Origin: Tubulanus polymorphus
Taxonomy: Eukaryota > Animalia > Nemertea
Length of the DNA stretch: 64,000 nt
Assembly: GCF_964204645.1 (NCBI RefSeq)
Contig: NC_134028.1
Span: 26,904,345 to 26,968,344, forward strand
Reading direction: 5' to 3'
Below are positions 62,803-64,000 of this stretch, piece after piece. A program made the translations under genes and the position numbers. Within the stretch, counting starts at the first letter, position 1. Each line of letters opens with the position of its first letter. The notes beneath the pieces are model-generated. The model was not told where the DNA came from and did not search any database. It worked only from the letters and a program-made list of their open reading frames with translations.

Positions 62803-62964
62803 CTTTAACGAGAACGAGAAAATTGCGATAAAACATTTGATAAAATCTGGATCCAGTTCCACAGTTGTCACTTCAGATTGTCTCAAAACTTTTATATCTA
62901 TCAGCCAGAAAGGAATATAAACCTGGTCACCCGCAGTAGATGTTTCTTAAGTGTCCCCGGGCAA

Positions 62965-63130
62965 GATACTTATCCTCGTTGCCTCTTTCCACCCACGAGT
63001 GAATGAGTATCTGCTCGGTCGGGGGTTACTTCTCTCCACGGTGAGATGACTGATAAATGGTTAGAGTTACAGGTGGGGGGGGGGGGGGTTATGATTGGAA
63101 AGCGCCGTTGAACATTGTAGCACATTGTAA
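62965..63130 (+). mobile_element. SINE fragment with CORE-like central domain
   Basis: gtgtccccgggcaagatacttatcctcgttgcctctttccaccca..gtgaatgagta resembles the recalled CORE-type SINE body; aaagcgcc..tgaaca resembles a LINE-derived tail. Confidence 0.5.
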
Positions 63131-64000
63131 CACAGAGAAAAGGGTGCAAAAGAAATCAGAATACTATTTTTATATTATTACGCGTAGATTCATTTGGTTG
63201 AAGTGTTAAATCAATCCATGCATACCCGTCTATTCTTTCACTGGATCTTTTATCCAAACCAACTATCAACGGTCCTGTAAAATAGTTAAACATCGATCTA
63301 ATTTGTTTGACGTCATCGATGGAATTCTAATTTAAGCATTTATTGTACCTTATTTTCATAAAAATAAAATGTTCATCCAGGGCGTCATAAAAGCTAACAA
63401 GCATAAATACATCGCGTGCGGGTAATAATAGTATAAAATACTGAATCTATTATGTTTGTCTTTTTGGAATTAATTGCAACAGGTTGACTTAATTGCGCGC
63501 CGTCAACAGCGAGTCAAATTAATCTAAATATATAAATTTTGATACGGGCGACTGCTATATACAGTTGCAGTCGTTTGACCTTGGCGAATTGGAAGGAATT
63601 AGGTTTTAACAGCCTGACGGTTGTTCTGCTGGTGCTCTGTACTTCCATACATTTATAAGTATCGATTTGTAGACTAGACAATCCACGTCCTCCATACATT
63701 TAAACTCTATCCAATTTTTGAGTGTTCACACTTCACACATATGTTCAGTATTCGCCTGAGGGGACATGACATTTCTTACAACTGACAAACACCAAACATC
63801 AGGTATTTAAAGGTAGAATAGAATATTCCCTTCTTTTCTTACTTCTTCATGCCTAACTGACCGATAATCTACTCACTCAGTGAGTAGATTATTAGTAGCC
63901 CCCCCCCCCTACCTCAAACCTGAGTTCAAAACGTCGTGCATTTCTATTTCAATTCTTGATGAAATTCGATTTAAATCTTTCAATGAATTTTGTATATAGT

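Overview
Eukaryotic, AT-rich, CpG-undepleted animal DNA with GT-AG introns, probably from a marine invertebrate (taxon is inference). Positions 1-40.8 kb have no recognisable protein-coding exon: one tRNA-Val(AAC), several minisatellites and several MITE/SINE-like families. Three intron-containing genes were reconstructed by hand from splice sites and reading phase. (1) 40930-45572 (+): signal peptide, ShKT, degenerate ShKT-like module, 4 sushi/CCP domains, then two paralogous alternative TM/tail exons and a third, partly duplicated TM-less exon. (2) 56970-46388 (-): a complete 13-exon, ~1052-aa catalase-related allene oxide synthase-lipoxygenase (AOS-LOX) fusion. (3) 62802-60241 (-): the 3' half of an SLC49A4/DIRC2-like MFS transporter. 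Top finding: the heme domain of the fusion keeps the distal His and the proximal Arg/Tyr but has Val before the distal His (RRPVH; coral cAOS has RRATH) and Ser in place of the distal Asn (DLICSTG; cAOS has DIVMNTG). This suggests chemistry different from the known coral AOS/HPL, attached to an intact, probably R-specific lipoxygenase. Comparisons to reference proteins are from recalled sequences, not from a run alignment.
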